Source: a candidate division FCPU426 bacterium (GTDB lineage: Bacteria > Oederibacteriota > JAAXVQ01 > JAUVAV01). From it: DNA of 64,000 nt. The position numbers were made by a program, and so were the translations under genes. The DNA lies in assembly GCA_040756875.1 (NCBI GenBank), contig JBFLYH010000002.1, positions 254,526 to 318,525 on the forward strand. The letters are read 5' to 3'. Positions 48,898 to 60,275 of the stretch are shown here, in pieces. The notes below the pieces were generated by a model. The model had not been told where the DNA came from and did no database searches. It saw only the letters and a list, made by a program, of their open reading frames with translations. Numbering within the stretch: the stretch's first letter is position 1; every line of letters starts with the position of its first letter.

Positions 48898-50619
48898 ATG
48901 CCTCTGACCAATCAGGAAATCGCCGAGCGCTTCGAACGGACGGCCGTGCTGCTGGAACTGCAGGACGCCAACCCTTTCCGCATCCGCGCCTACCAGTCCG
49001 CGGCGCAAACCATCGCCAACCTGCCGCACAACCTGGCGGAACTGGCCGAAGCCGCGGACGGTTTGCAGGGGCTGCCGGGCATCGGCGCGGACCTGGCTGA
49101 TAAAATACGCGAGCTCCTCCGCTCCGGCACTTTCGGCCTTTTGGCCGAACTGGAAGCCAAAACGCCGGCTGTGCAGCTGGCCATGCTGAAGCTGCCCGGC
49201 CTGGGCCCCAAGCGCGTGCGTCAGTTGGCCCAGAGCCTGAAGCCGGACAGCCTGGAAGATCTTAAGCGAGCCGCCGAAAACCGCCGCATCCGCGCCCTGC
49301 CCGGATTCGGCCCCAAACTGGAAGAGCAAATTCTCGCCGGCATCGCCCAGCGCGAGGCCAATCCCGAGCGCACGCTCTGGGCCATGGCCGAGCCGGCCGT
49401 GGAAGCACTCCTGGTTTATCTGCGCGCCACCCCGGGGGTGGAGGAAGCGACGGCAGCCGGCAGTTTCAGGCGGCGCAAGGAAACCGTCGGGGATGTGGAC
49501 ATTTTGCTGACGAGCCGCGCCGCCGAGAAGCCGCTGGATTTTTTCGGCCCCTACCCGGACATCGCACGCGTCCAAGCCGAGGGGCCGACCCGCGCCACGG
49601 TCATCCTGCGTTCCGGCCTGCAGGTGGACGTGCGCGCCGTGCCTGCGGAAAGCTACGGCGCGGCCCTCCACTATTTCACCGGTTCGCAGGCGCACAACAT
49701 CGCGGTGCGCAAGCTGGCGCAGAAAAAAGGCTACAAGCTCAACGAATACGGGCTGTTCAAAGGTTCGCGCCGGATCGCCGGCAAGAACGAAGAGGAGATT
49801 TTCCGCCGCCTGGGCCTCGTTTACGTCGAACCCGAACTGCGGGAAGCCTCTGGCGAGCTGGAAGCGGCCGTTTCAGGCAGCCTGCCGCGCCTGGTGAGCC
49901 TGCCGGACCTGCGGGGCGACCTGCACTGCCATACCGACGAAACGGACGGCACGGCCGGTTTGCTGGAAATGGCCGAGGCCGCCCAGGCCTTGGGTTATGC
50001 TTACCTCGGGATCACCGACCATTCCCAGCACGTGACCGTGGCCCGCGGCCTGGACGCCAGGCGCCTGCGGAAGCAACTGGAAGCCATTGACGCGGCCAAT
50101 GCCCGGCTGAAACACTTCACCCTGTTCAAAGGCCTGGAAGTGGACATCCTGGAGGACGGCCGGCTGGACCTGCCGGACGAAGTGCTGGACGACCTGGATT
50201 ACACCGTGGGGTCCGTTCACTTCAAATTCAATCTGCCCGCGGAGCGGCAGACCGAGCGCATCCTGCGCGCCATGGACAACCCGCACTTCACGATCCTCGG
50301 CCACCCGACCGGCCGCCTGCTCAACAACCGCCCGCCCTATCCCCTGGATCTGGAGCGCGTCGTGGCCGGCGCGAAGGAGCGGGGCTGCTTTCTCGAACTC
50401 AATTCCCATCCCGAACGCCTGGACCTGAACGACGTCCACTGCCGCCTGGCCAAGGAGGCGGAGGTGCGAGTAGCCGTGTCCTCGGACGCGCACAGCCCGG
50501 TCGGCCTGCGCAGCCTGCGCTTCGGCGTCAACCAGGCGCGCCGCGGCTGGCTGGAGCCGGCGGACGTGCTCAACACCCGCTCCGTGGCCGAGTTGCGGAA
50601 GCTGTTCAGGCGGAAATAA
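48898..50619 (+). CDS. polX: DNA polymerase X with PHP domain
   Basis: NPFRIRAY, HhH motifs, GSFRR, GDVDIL, YFTGS, DLHCHT, ITDHS, SSDAH. Confidence 0.96.
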   Translation: MPLTNQEIAERFERTAVLLELQDANPFRIRAYQSAAQTIANLPHNLAELAEAADGLQGLPGIGADLADKIRELLRSGTFGLLAELEAKTPAVQLAMLKLPGLGPKRVRQLAQSLKPDSLEDLKRAAENRRIRALPGFGPKLEEQILAGIAQREANPERTLWAMAEPAVEALLVYLRATPGVEEATAAGSFRRRKETVGDVDILLTSRAAEKPLDFFGPYPDIARVQAEGPTRATVILRSGLQVDVRAVPAESYGAALHYFTGSQAHNIAVRKLAQKKGYKLNEYGLFKGSRRIAGKNEEEIFRRLGLVYVEPELREASGELEAAVSGSLPRLVSLPDLRGDLHCHTDETDGTAGLLEMAEAAQALGYAYLGITDHSQHVTVARGLDARRLRKQLEAIDAANARLKHFTLFKGLEVDILEDGRLDLPDEVLDDLDYTVGSVHFKFNLPAERQTERILRAMDNPHFTILGHPTGRLLNNRPPYPLDLERVVAGAKERGCFLELNSHPERLDLNDVHCRLAKEAEVRVAVSSDAHSPVGLRSLRFGVNQARRGWLEPADVLNTRSVAELRKLFRRK

Positions 50620-50760
50620 TCCCCACCCTCCCCTTTGTCCCCTCCCCTCAAGGGAGGGGTATGTTTTTTGGGAGAGGGTATGGGAGAGGGTGGAATCTTC
50701 ACGGCAAGCAGAGAAATCCGGCGAGGAAATTCCCTCTTTAAAAACAACTGGCAGGTTCAA

Positions 50761-50862
50761 TCTCTCCGCAGGAATCCCCGGGCTTCACCCCGGGGAGAGG
50801 ATTTGCAGGATTGTATTGCGGAGGGAGGGAGCCCCGGACTTCAGTCCGGGGGGGCACTCCAC
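50761..50862 (+). mobile_element. Pair of IS200/IS605-end-like hairpins (non-coding remnant)
   Basis: GGAATCCCCGGGCTTCACCCCGGGGAG (50771-97) and GGGAGCCCCGGACTTCAGTCCGGGG (from 50827); no transposase nearby. Confidence 0.55.
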
Positions 50863-51374
50863 TTACCTCGGCAGGCGTTTGACCATGAAAGTTTCATTGT
50901 ACTGCTGGGGGAGGGTGGTGTACTGCACGATGTCCATGCACTGGCGCATCAGGTAGCGGCCCATGCCGCGCCGCAGATGGTTGCGCATGACTTTGCGGAT
51001 CGCGGCGAAGGACACGGGTTTGGCGTTGTAGCCTTTCCCGTAATCGCGGACCGACACGGAAAATCGCCGCGGCTCCCGCCAGGCCTTGACCTGCACCAGG
51101 CCGTCTTCCCGGTCCGGATAGGCGTGTTCCACGGCGTTGGCGACCGCCTCGTCCACAGCCAGTTCGATTTTGTCCACGATCAAGGACGGAAGCTTGCAGG
51201 TCTTGGTGAAGCGGCGGATGGCTTGGCGCACCAGGGCCAGTTTGGGCAGGGTGCTGGGCAGGTCGATCTTCAGTTCCCGGCCCGGCTCCAGCTTCACTTT
51301 CAGGGCTTTGACCGACAGCCTGCGCAGGGCGGTGTAATCCGGCCCTTCCGGAGCAGGCGGGGTGGGGCGCGCCT

Positions 51375-51378
<4 letters not shown>
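50863..51378 (-). CDS. Anti-sigma factor/Ser-Thr kinase (RsbW-like HATPase)
   Basis: LAVDEAVANAVEHAY, VRDYGKG, RGMGRYLM. Confidence 0.88.
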
Positions 51379-53620
<2,242 letters not shown>

Positions 53621-53624
<4 letters not shown>

Positions 53625-53911
53625 GCCTTGGGGTCCGCCTTGCGGGTGATTTCCTTCAGTTCGCGCCCCGGCCGGAAGAACACGCGCCGCAGCGCCGGCA
53701 CGGCCACGGGTTTGCCGGTTTTGACCACCCGGCCCACGCTGGGTTTGCGGCGGCGGGTGCCGAAGGTGCCCAGCCCCCGCAGTTCCACGCGCCGTCCGCG
53801 CACCAGTTCCGCGGCCAGGGCGTTGAGAATGTGGTCCACCAGGATCTGCGATTCCCGCAGCGTGAAGCCGAACTCGCGGGACAAATGTTTGGCCAGTTGG
53901 TTTTTATTCAC
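53621..53911 (-). CDS. HU/IHF family DNA-binding protein
   Basis: GTG start with GGAGG RBS; NKNQLAKHL, VELRGLGTF, KTGKPV, FRPGRELK. Confidence 0.9.
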
Positions 53912-54050
53912 GCGTTCCTGCCTCCGGGTGCCCATACGGCGTTCCGAATTTCCCCGCCGCCAACCCTTCTCGAACACCCTTTGATTATGAAAACATCGCC
54001 CTCCCCCGCCCGGGGGAAGGGAATTGCTTTCTTATGGCTGCTTTCAACGG

Positions 54051-54992
54051 TTACATTTTAATGACTTTCGACCATTTTGTCCAGAAGTGCCGCGCCCGCC
54101 GCCTGTCCTTCGCCACCTGGCGGAGCAATGCCGCCGCGTCCGAAAAGCGCCGGTCGCCGCGCAGGCGGTGGTAAAAGTGGATGGCCAGCCTGCGGCCGTA
54201 GAGCGACCGGCTCCACCCGGGGATGTTGATCTCGATGGTCTGCGGGCCCCAGGGGTGGAAGGTGGGGCGCCGTCCGATATAGCACAAGCCCATACGCAGG
54301 CGGCCGGCCAGCCGCAGGCCCGTAAGGTAGATGCCGGGCGGAGGCACCAGTTCGTGCAGGGAACGCAGGTTGGCCGTAGGCAGCCCGAGGGTCCGGCCGC
54401 GGCCCTCGCCGCGCACCACCCGGCCGTGCAGGGTATACGGCCAGCCCAGCCATTGCCAGGCTTCGCGCATGCGCCCCTGCGCCACCTGTTCGCGCAGGCC
54501 GCTGGAACTGACCACGCGCCCCCGGCGCCGCAACGGCGGCACCACAGTGACGCCAAATCCCAGGCTGCGCCCCAGCTGCCGCAGCAAGGCCGTGCCTCCG
54601 CGGCCGCCCCGGCCGAAAACGAAATCCTGCCCCACCACCACGTGCCGCACGCCCAACCGGCGCACGAGCACGCGCCGGACGAAAGCTTCAGCCGGCGTGC
54701 CGGCCAGGCCCTTGTCAAAGCGGATCAGGAACACCTCGTCCATGCCCAGGCATCGGAAGCGCTCCAGGCACTGTTGCGGGGTGGCCAGGCGGGGCGGACG
54801 CTGCGAGGGAGCCAGCGTGCCGTGCGGGTGGTCGTCGAAAGTCACCACCCCTGCCCGCACGCCCAGCACTTGGGCGCGCTGCCGCAGGCGGCGCAGCAGG
54901 CGGACATGGCCGCGGTGCACGCCGTCAAACACGCCCAAGGTCAGCGCGCGCCCGGGCCCGGGTTGTTTCGGCCATCCGCGATGGACCTTCAT
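54051..54992 (-). CDS. ribF: Riboflavin kinase/FAD synthetase
   Basis: LGVFDGVHRGH, VGQDFVFG, GRTLGLPTAN, IGRRPTF. Confidence 0.95.
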   Translation of the reverse strand: MKVHRGWPKQPGPGRALTLGVFDGVHRGHVRLLRRLRQRAQVLGVRAGVVTFDDHPHGTLAPSQRPPRLATPQQCLERFRCLGMDEVFLIRFDKGLAGTPAEAFVRRVLVRRLGVRHVVVGQDFVFGRGGRGGTALLRQLGRSLGFGVTVVPPLRRRGRVVSSSGLREQVAQGRMREAWQWLGWPYTLHGRVVRGEGRGRTLGLPTANLRSLHELVPPPGIYLTGLRLAGRLRMGLCYIGRRPTFHPWGPQTIEINIPGWSRSLYGRRLAIHFYHRLRGDRRFSDAAALLRQVAKDRRRARHFWTKWSKVIKM

Positions 54993-55042
54993 TCGCCCTC
55001 CCAACCTTTCAACACCTTCATGAGCCACAGATACGCACAGAA

Positions 55043-55141
55043 AAAGCGGATCACGAAGAACACGAAGGAATAATGAAGAACACGAAAAATACGGACCTGG
55101 GTTGAAGCATTTACCCCTAATTCCCCTTCGTGGTCCGCTTT
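55043..55141. repeat. Third CACGAAG/CTTCGTG palindromic unit
   Basis: IR AAAGCGGATCACGAAG / CTTCGTGGTCCGCTTT; internal sequence resembles the 29.6-29.9 kb units. Confidence 0.78.
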
Positions 55142-55149
55142 GTTTCTTT

Positions 55150-56040
55150 TTATCCTGCCGGGCTGGCCAGCACCCGCGCCATGAGCAGTTGCCCGTCCGC
55201 CGGCCGCGCCACGGCCAGCAGCCGGCCGGCCTGGTCCAGCACGCGCACCGGCCCGTTTTCCGCCACGAGGGAATCCGGCGCAGGCAAGGGACGGCCGTGC
55301 GCCACCGCAGCACACCCGGCTTCGTCCACGGTCACGGACGGAAGGTGGGCCAAAGCCTGGGCCGGTTCCACCGCGTACCGCCGCCAGTTCCCGGCCGCGG
55401 CCGCGATCTGGAAAGCGTCCCAATCCGCGGCTTGCTCCCAGGTAAACCCATTGCAGGCCGTTCGGGTCAGGCGCAGAAGATGGGCCCCGCAGCCCCAGAC
55501 CATGCCCAGTTCGGCGGCCAGGGAGCGGATATACGTGCCGGTCGAACAGTGCACTTCCAGGCTGGCATCCGGCGGCTGCCACTCCAGCAGGCGCAGGCGA
55601 TGAATCTGCACGCGGCGCGGAGGCCTGAGCACGGACTCCCCGCGCCTCGCGATTTCGTACAAACGTTCACCCTTGTGGCGGCGGGCGGACACCATGGGCG
55701 GGATTTGCAATTGCGGCCCTTCCCACTGGGCCAGCGTGGCCGTGATTTGTTCCACGTTCAAGGACGGCACCCCGGCCGCAGTCAGCGTTTCGCCGCAAGC
55801 ATCGCCCGTGCTGGTGGTTGCGCCCAAACGGATGACGGCGCGGTAGGTTTTATCCGGAAGGAGGTAGGGAAAGAGGCCGGTGGCCGACCCGTACGCCATA
55901 ACCAGCACGCCGTCCGCGGCCGGATCCAGGGTGCCGCTGTGCCCGACGCGGCGCTGGCCGATGAGCCGCCGCACGCGCTCCGCTACTGCAGCCGAAGTCG
56001 GTCCTCCGGGTTTGCGCAGCGCGAGCAGGCCCGCGGGCAT
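55150..56040 (-). CDS. truB: tRNA pseudouridine(55) synthase
   Basis: KPGGPTS, GHSGTLDP, QIPPMVSA, CSTGTYIRSL. Confidence 0.95.
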   Translation of the reverse strand: MPAGLLALRKPGGPTSAAVAERVRRLIGQRRVGHSGTLDPAADGVLVMAYGSATGLFPYLLPDKTYRAVIRLGATTSTGDACGETLTAAGVPSLNVEQITATLAQWEGPQLQIPPMVSARRHKGERLYEIARRGESVLRPPRRVQIHRLRLLEWQPPDASLEVHCSTGTYIRSLAAELGMVWGCGAHLLRLTRTACNGFTWEQAADWDAFQIAAAAGNWRRYAVEPAQALAHLPSVTVDEAGCAAVAHGRPLPAPDSLVAENGPVRVLDQAGRLLAVARPADGQLLMARVLASPAG

Positions 56041-56044
56041 GGGA

Positions 56045-57052
56045 TCAGGCCTGGGGACGGATCCGCGCTTCCACGGCGGCCAGCACTTTGGCCTGGACCG
56101 CGTCCATCGGGCCGGGCAGCAGTGCGCCTGCGGCGCGCTGATGCCCTCCACCGCCGAACTCGACGGCGATGATGGACACGTCCACGTTGCCGCGGGACCG
56201 GAAGGATACCTTGATCTTGCCGTTCTCGGTCTCCATGAAGAAGACGGCGACTTCCACGCCGTCCACGGCGCGCACGTAGTTGACGAAATTTTCCGTCTGG
56301 TTCGCCCGGGCGTGCGATTCTTTCAGCATGGCCTGGGTGATGCCGAACCAGCCCACGTCGCGGCGGGTGTTGTACCGCACCCCGCACAGGCTCATGGCCA
56401 GCAGCTTCAGGGCTTCGGCCGGCACGCGTTCGTAGAGCTGCTCGTTCATGTAACCCGGCTGCACGCCCAGTTCCAGCAGCTCCGCGATCACACGGTGGGT
56501 CCGGGGTGTGACGCCCGCGTACTTGAAGTGCCCCGTGTCCGTCGCAATCGCGGTGTAAATGCCGATGGCCATGCGTTGGTCGCGGGCGCAGTCCAGGGCG
56601 CGGACCAGATCCCAGATCTGCTCGCCGGCCGCGGCCGCGGTGGGGTCAACCAGGTTGATGGTGCCGTAACGGGTGTTGTAAACGTGGTGGTCGATGTTGA
56701 TCACGTGCGGCGCGCTCTCAGGAAGGCGCAGCACGCCCCCGGCCCGCTGCACGTCCGGGCATTCCAGCAGAATGGCCACTTCGTGCTTGCGGTCGTACTG
56801 GGAGGTGGCGATAAAGTCCTCGCCGGCCGGCAGAAAATGGTACAGGTCCGGCACCGGATCGGCGTTAACCACCGTCACTTCCTTGCCCATGCTGGTGAGG
56901 GCCAGGTAGAGGGCGGACTCGCACCCCAAACCGTCGCCGTCGGGATTCACGTGCGTGGTCAGCACGAAATCCTTGTGTTTGGCAATGACCTCCAGCGCCC
57001 TCTCGAGTTCGACCTCGTAATTGGGGTCGCGTTCCAGTTTCTGTTCAACCAT
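56045..57052 (-). CDS. nrnA: DHH/DHHA1 oligoribonuclease/pAp phosphatase
   Basis: HVNPDGDG, NIDHH, TDTGHF, SFRS, GGGGHQRAAG. Confidence 0.92.
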   Translation of the reverse strand: MVEQKLERDPNYEVELERALEVIAKHKDFVLTTHVNPDGDGLGCESALYLALTSMGKEVTVVNADPVPDLYHFLPAGEDFIATSQYDRKHEVAILLECPDVQRAGGVLRLPESAPHVINIDHHVYNTRYGTINLVDPTAAAAGEQIWDLVRALDCARDQRMAIGIYTAIATDTGHFKYAGVTPRTHRVIAELLELGVQPGYMNEQLYERVPAEALKLLAMSLCGVRYNTRRDVGWFGITQAMLKESHARANQTENFVNYVRAVDGVEVAVFFMETENGKIKVSFRSRGNVDVSIIAVEFGGGGHQRAAGALLPGPMDAVQAKVLAAVEARIRPQA

Positions 57053-57057
57053 GCGGT

Positions 57058-57417
57058 TCACTCCTTGGGTTCTGCGGGCGGCGGAGGCGGCGTAAGCTTC
57101 CGCAGCAACTGCTCGGTGCGTTCGGCTTCTTCGTCGACTATAAAATGCAGTTCCGGCAGCACGCGCCATTCCACTCGCCGCCCGAGCTCGTGCCGGATGA
57201 AGCCCGCGGCGTGCGCCAGCCCCTCCTGGGTCTGGCTGCGCTGTTCGCCGCTGTCCAGGGTCAGAAAGTAGACTTTCGCCTCCCGCAGATCCGGCGTGAT
57301 CTGGGCGCGCGTGATCGTGACCCACGACAGGCGCGGGTCGGAGAGCTTGCGCAGGAGGATGTCCGAGATTTCCCGCACCAGCTGCGAGGCCAGGCGGTCA
57401 ATACGTTTGGGTTTCAT
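57058..57417 (-). CDS. rbfA: Ribosome-binding factor A
   Basis: RIDRLASQL, DPRL, DLREAKVY, AAGFIRHEL, PELHF. Confidence 0.95.
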   Translation of the reverse strand: MKPKRIDRLASQLVREISDILLRKLSDPRLSWVTITRAQITPDLREAKVYFLTLDSGEQRSQTQEGLAHAAGFIRHELGRRVEWRVLPELHFIVDEEAERTEQLLRKLTPPPPPAEPKE

Positions 57418-57677
57418 GGAGCCTCCCGGCGGTCTTGGCCGGGATACCCCCCTTTCAATTCAGATAATCGCCAGTGGCAGGGCGACATCCCCTAGGCCGG
57501 GCGATTCCTTTCATCCGGCAGAGGCTGTTGTCCACGGCATAGGGGATGGAGCCTCCCGGCGGTCTTGGCCGGGATACCCCCTTTCGTTTTCATGATACTT
57601 CTGGAGCCAGGCGACATCCCCGAAGCAGTCCATCCCTGGCTCTAATGCGAACGGACGGTCGGTCCTGCGAAGGGGAT
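57416..57677 (+). repeat. ~130-bp structured repeat, tandem copies C1 (57416-57547) and C2 (57546-57677)
   Basis: Both begin ATGGAGCCTCCCGGCGGTCTTGGCCGGGATACCCCC; joined head-to-tail sharing the dinucleotide AT. Confidence 0.92.
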
Positions 57678-57688
57678 GGGGGGTGCGG

Positions 57689-57970
57689 TCAGCGCAACTC
57701 AAAGGTGTGGTCCACGAGTTCGGCTTCATGGAACAGGTCGAGCAGTTTCAGGGCTTCGTTCAACGTGGCGTTGGCCTCGCGGCTGCTGGTGTTCACGCAG
57801 GCCACCGCGATCCGCGACCGCTGCCAAAGGTCCTGGTGTTCGACCTCGGCCACGGACACGTTGAGCTGCTGTTTCAGGCGCTCCGTGATTTTGCGCAGCA
57901 GCATCCGCTTGTCCTTCAGGCTGTGATTCTCGGGAAAAAACAGTTCACCACTCAACAGGCCGATGACCAT
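57689..57970 (-). CDS. ylxP: DUF503 (YlxP) family protein
   Basis: HSLKDKR, NVSVAEVEHQDLWQR; located between infB and rbfA. Confidence 0.9.
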   Translation of the reverse strand: MVIGLLSGELFFPENHSLKDKRMLLRKITERLKQQLNVSVAEVEHQDLWQRSRIAVACVNTSSREANATLNEALKLLDLFHEAELVDHTFELR

Positions 57971-58100
57971 GGAGCCCCCCGGCGGTTTACGCCGGGGTAC
58001 CCCCCTTTCGAGTCAAATCATCTCTGGTGGCAAGGCGACATCCCTTGCGCCGGGCAATTCGTCTTTTTAACAAGCGACCGGTGTCTCCGGCGCAAGGGAT
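57969..58100 (+). repeat. ~130-bp structured repeat, copy D
   Basis: ATGGAGCC-CCCCGGC ggtttac GCCGGGG-TACC...GGCGACAT; terminal stem ATCCCTTGCGCCGG/CCGGCGCAAGGGAT. Confidence 0.9.
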
Positions 58101-58112
58101 CATCAGGTCCAC

Positions 58113-60275
58113 TCAGAGCTTCTGCGCCACGGCTTCGAGGACGAACGCTTCGATCACGTCCCCGGGTTCGTACGCTTTGAATCCGCTCACAGACAGCCCG
58201 CATTCCATGCCCGCGGGCACTTCCTTGGCGTCGTCCTTGAACCGTTTCAGGGACTCGATCTTGCCGGTGTGCAGGATCTGGCCGCGGCGCACCACCTTGG
58301 CCTGCGCGCCGCGCGTGATTTTGCCGCTGGTGACCTGCGAGCCCGCGGCCGTGACGCCCGAGGACAGTTTGAACACGTTGCGCACCTCGGCCTGGCCGAT
58401 CGGCACTTCGTGGTAATGGGGCTCCAGCAGGCCCTCCATGGCCGCCTTGACGTCCTCCACCACGTCGTAAATCACCGAATAAATGCGCACGTCCACCTGC
58501 TCGCTCTGAGCGACCTTGTCCACGCCGGCTTCGGCCTTGACGTTGAAGCCGAGCACAATGGCGTTGCTGGCCGTGGCCAGCAGGATGTCGCGCTCCGTGA
58601 TGTTGCCGACCGCGCTGTGAATGCTGGTCAGGCGGACCTTCTCGGTGGACAGGCCCTCCAGGGAGTTGGCCAGCACCTCGGCCGACCCCTGCACGTCCGC
58701 CTTGATGATGATTTTCAGCTCCTTGATGGTGCCTTCCTTGATCTGATCCCTGAGGTTGTCCAGGTTGATTTTATGGCTGTTGCTCAGGTCCTGTTCGCGT
58801 TTGATCATCTGCCGCTTCATGGCGATCTGCCGGGCGAGCTTGTCGCTGGCCAGCACCTGGAACAGGTCGCCGGCCGTGGGCACGCCCGAGAGACCCAACA
58901 CCTCGGCCGGCATGCCCGGCCCGACGGACTTGAGCGCCGCGCCGCGTTCGTTCATCAGCGCCCGCACGCGGCCGAACTGCACGCCGGTCACCACCGGGTC
59001 GCCGACGTTGAGCGTGCCGCGCTGCACCAGCACCGTGGCCACCGGGCCGCGGCCGCGGTCCAGCTTGGCCTCGATCACCGTGCCCTTGGCGTGGGCCTTG
59101 CGGTTGGCTTTGAGTTCGAGCATTTCCGCCTCGAGCAGGATCATTTCCAGCATTTTCTCCAGGCCGATCCGCTTCTTCGCGGAAATTTCCACGAAGATCG
59201 TTTTGCCGCCCCATTCCTCGGAAACCAGGTTGTACTTGGTCAGTTCCTGGCGCACCCGGCTGGGGTCCGCGCCGGGCTTGTCGATTTTATTGACCGCCAC
59301 GATGATCGGCACATTGGCCGCCTTGGCGTGGTCGATGGCTTCAATGGTCTGCGGCTGCACGCCGTCGTCGGCGGCCACCACCAGCACCACCACGTCCGTC
59401 ACCTGGGCGCCGCGGGCGCGCAGGGTGGTGAACGCCTCGTGGCCCGGCGTGTCAAGGAACGTCACATACCCTTTGGGCAGCTTGACCTGGTAGGCGCCGA
59501 TGTGCTGGGTGATGCCGCCCGCCTCGCCGTCCATGACGTTGGTTTCGCGGATGGCGTCCAAGAGCGAGGTCTTGCCGTGGTTGACGTGACCCATGATGGT
59601 CACCACCGGCGGGCGGGGCTGCAAATCCTCGGGTCGGTCCGCGACTTCTTCCTGGGCCAACAGGTCTTCCCCGTATATTTCCTCATATTCGGGCTGATAG
59701 CCGTATTCGGACAAAAGAATTTCGATGGTGTCCTGGTCCAGGCGCTGGTTGATGGTGGCGAACACGCCCAGGCCCATCAATTTTTTAATGACTTCAGCCG
59801 GCTTGACGCCCAGGCGTTCGGCCACTTCGCCCACGTTCACCGTGCTGGGCAGGCGCAGGGGCGGCAGGTCTTCCTTGGCTTTGGGCGGCGCAGCCACGGC
59901 GACCGGCGCTGGTGCCTTGACCGGTTCGGGTTCGGGTTCCGGCTCGTACAGCGGCTCGGGTTCGGGAACATACACGGGTTCGGGACGGCTGGGGGCCGGC
60001 GTTTCGATCGGCGCCGGTTCAACAGCCGCCGGAACCGGCGCGGCCACGGCTTCGGCCGGCCGCGGCGCCATCTGGGTCATGCCCGGAACCATTGCGTCCT
60101 CGGGGATCTCGTCCTCGCCCCAATGGCGCTTGATGTAAGCCACGGTCTCGTCCTCGAGCACGCTCATGTGGCTTTTAACCTGGATGCGCATTTTCTCCAA
60201 TTCGCCCATCAGTTCCTTGGAGGTCAGCTTCAATTCCTTGGCCAATTCGAATACGCGTACTTTTTGGTGCGTCAT
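58113..60275 (-). CDS. infB: Translation initiation factor IF-2
   Basis: [44 protein letters not shown]. Confidence 0.98.
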   Translation of the reverse strand: MTHQKVRVFELAKELKLTSKELMGELEKMRIQVKSHMSVLEDETVAYIKRHWGEDEIPEDAMVPGMTQMAPRPAEAVAAPVPAAVEPAPIETPAPSRPEPVYVPEPEPLYEPEPEPEPVKAPAPVAVAAPPKAKEDLPPLRLPSTVNVGEVAERLGVKPAEVIKKLMGLGVFATINQRLDQDTIEILLSEYGYQPEYEEIYGEDLLAQEEVADRPEDLQPRPPVVTIMGHVNHGKTSLLDAIRETNVMDGEAGGITQHIGAYQVKLPKGYVTFLDTPGHEAFTTLRARGAQVTDVVVLVVAADDGVQPQTIEAIDHAKAANVPIIVAVNKIDKPGADPSRVRQELTKYNLVSEEWGGKTIFVEISAKKRIGLEKMLEMILLEAEMLELKANRKAHAKGTVIEAKLDRGRGPVATVLVQRGTLNVGDPVVTGVQFGRVRALMNERGAALKSVGPGMPAEVLGLSGVPTAGDLFQVLASDKLARQIAMKRQMIKREQDLSNSHKINLDNLRDQIKEGTIKELKIIIKADVQGSAEVLANSLEGLSTEKVRLTSIHSAVGNITERDILLATASNAIVLGFNVKAEAGVDKVAQSEQVDVRIYSVIYDVVEDVKAAMEGLLEPHYHEVPIGQAEVRNVFKLSSGVTAAGSQVTSGKITRGAQAKVVRRGQILHTGKIESLKRFKDDAKEVPAGMECGLSVSGFKAYEPGDVIEAFVLEAVAQKL

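Noticed and set aside
57416-57677. Possible CRISPR array (two identical ~36-bp repeats 130 bp apart)
   Set aside because: Only two adjacent copies, spacing too long, a second conserved motif inside the 'spacer', dispersed copies elsewhere and no cas genes; treated as a structured repeat.
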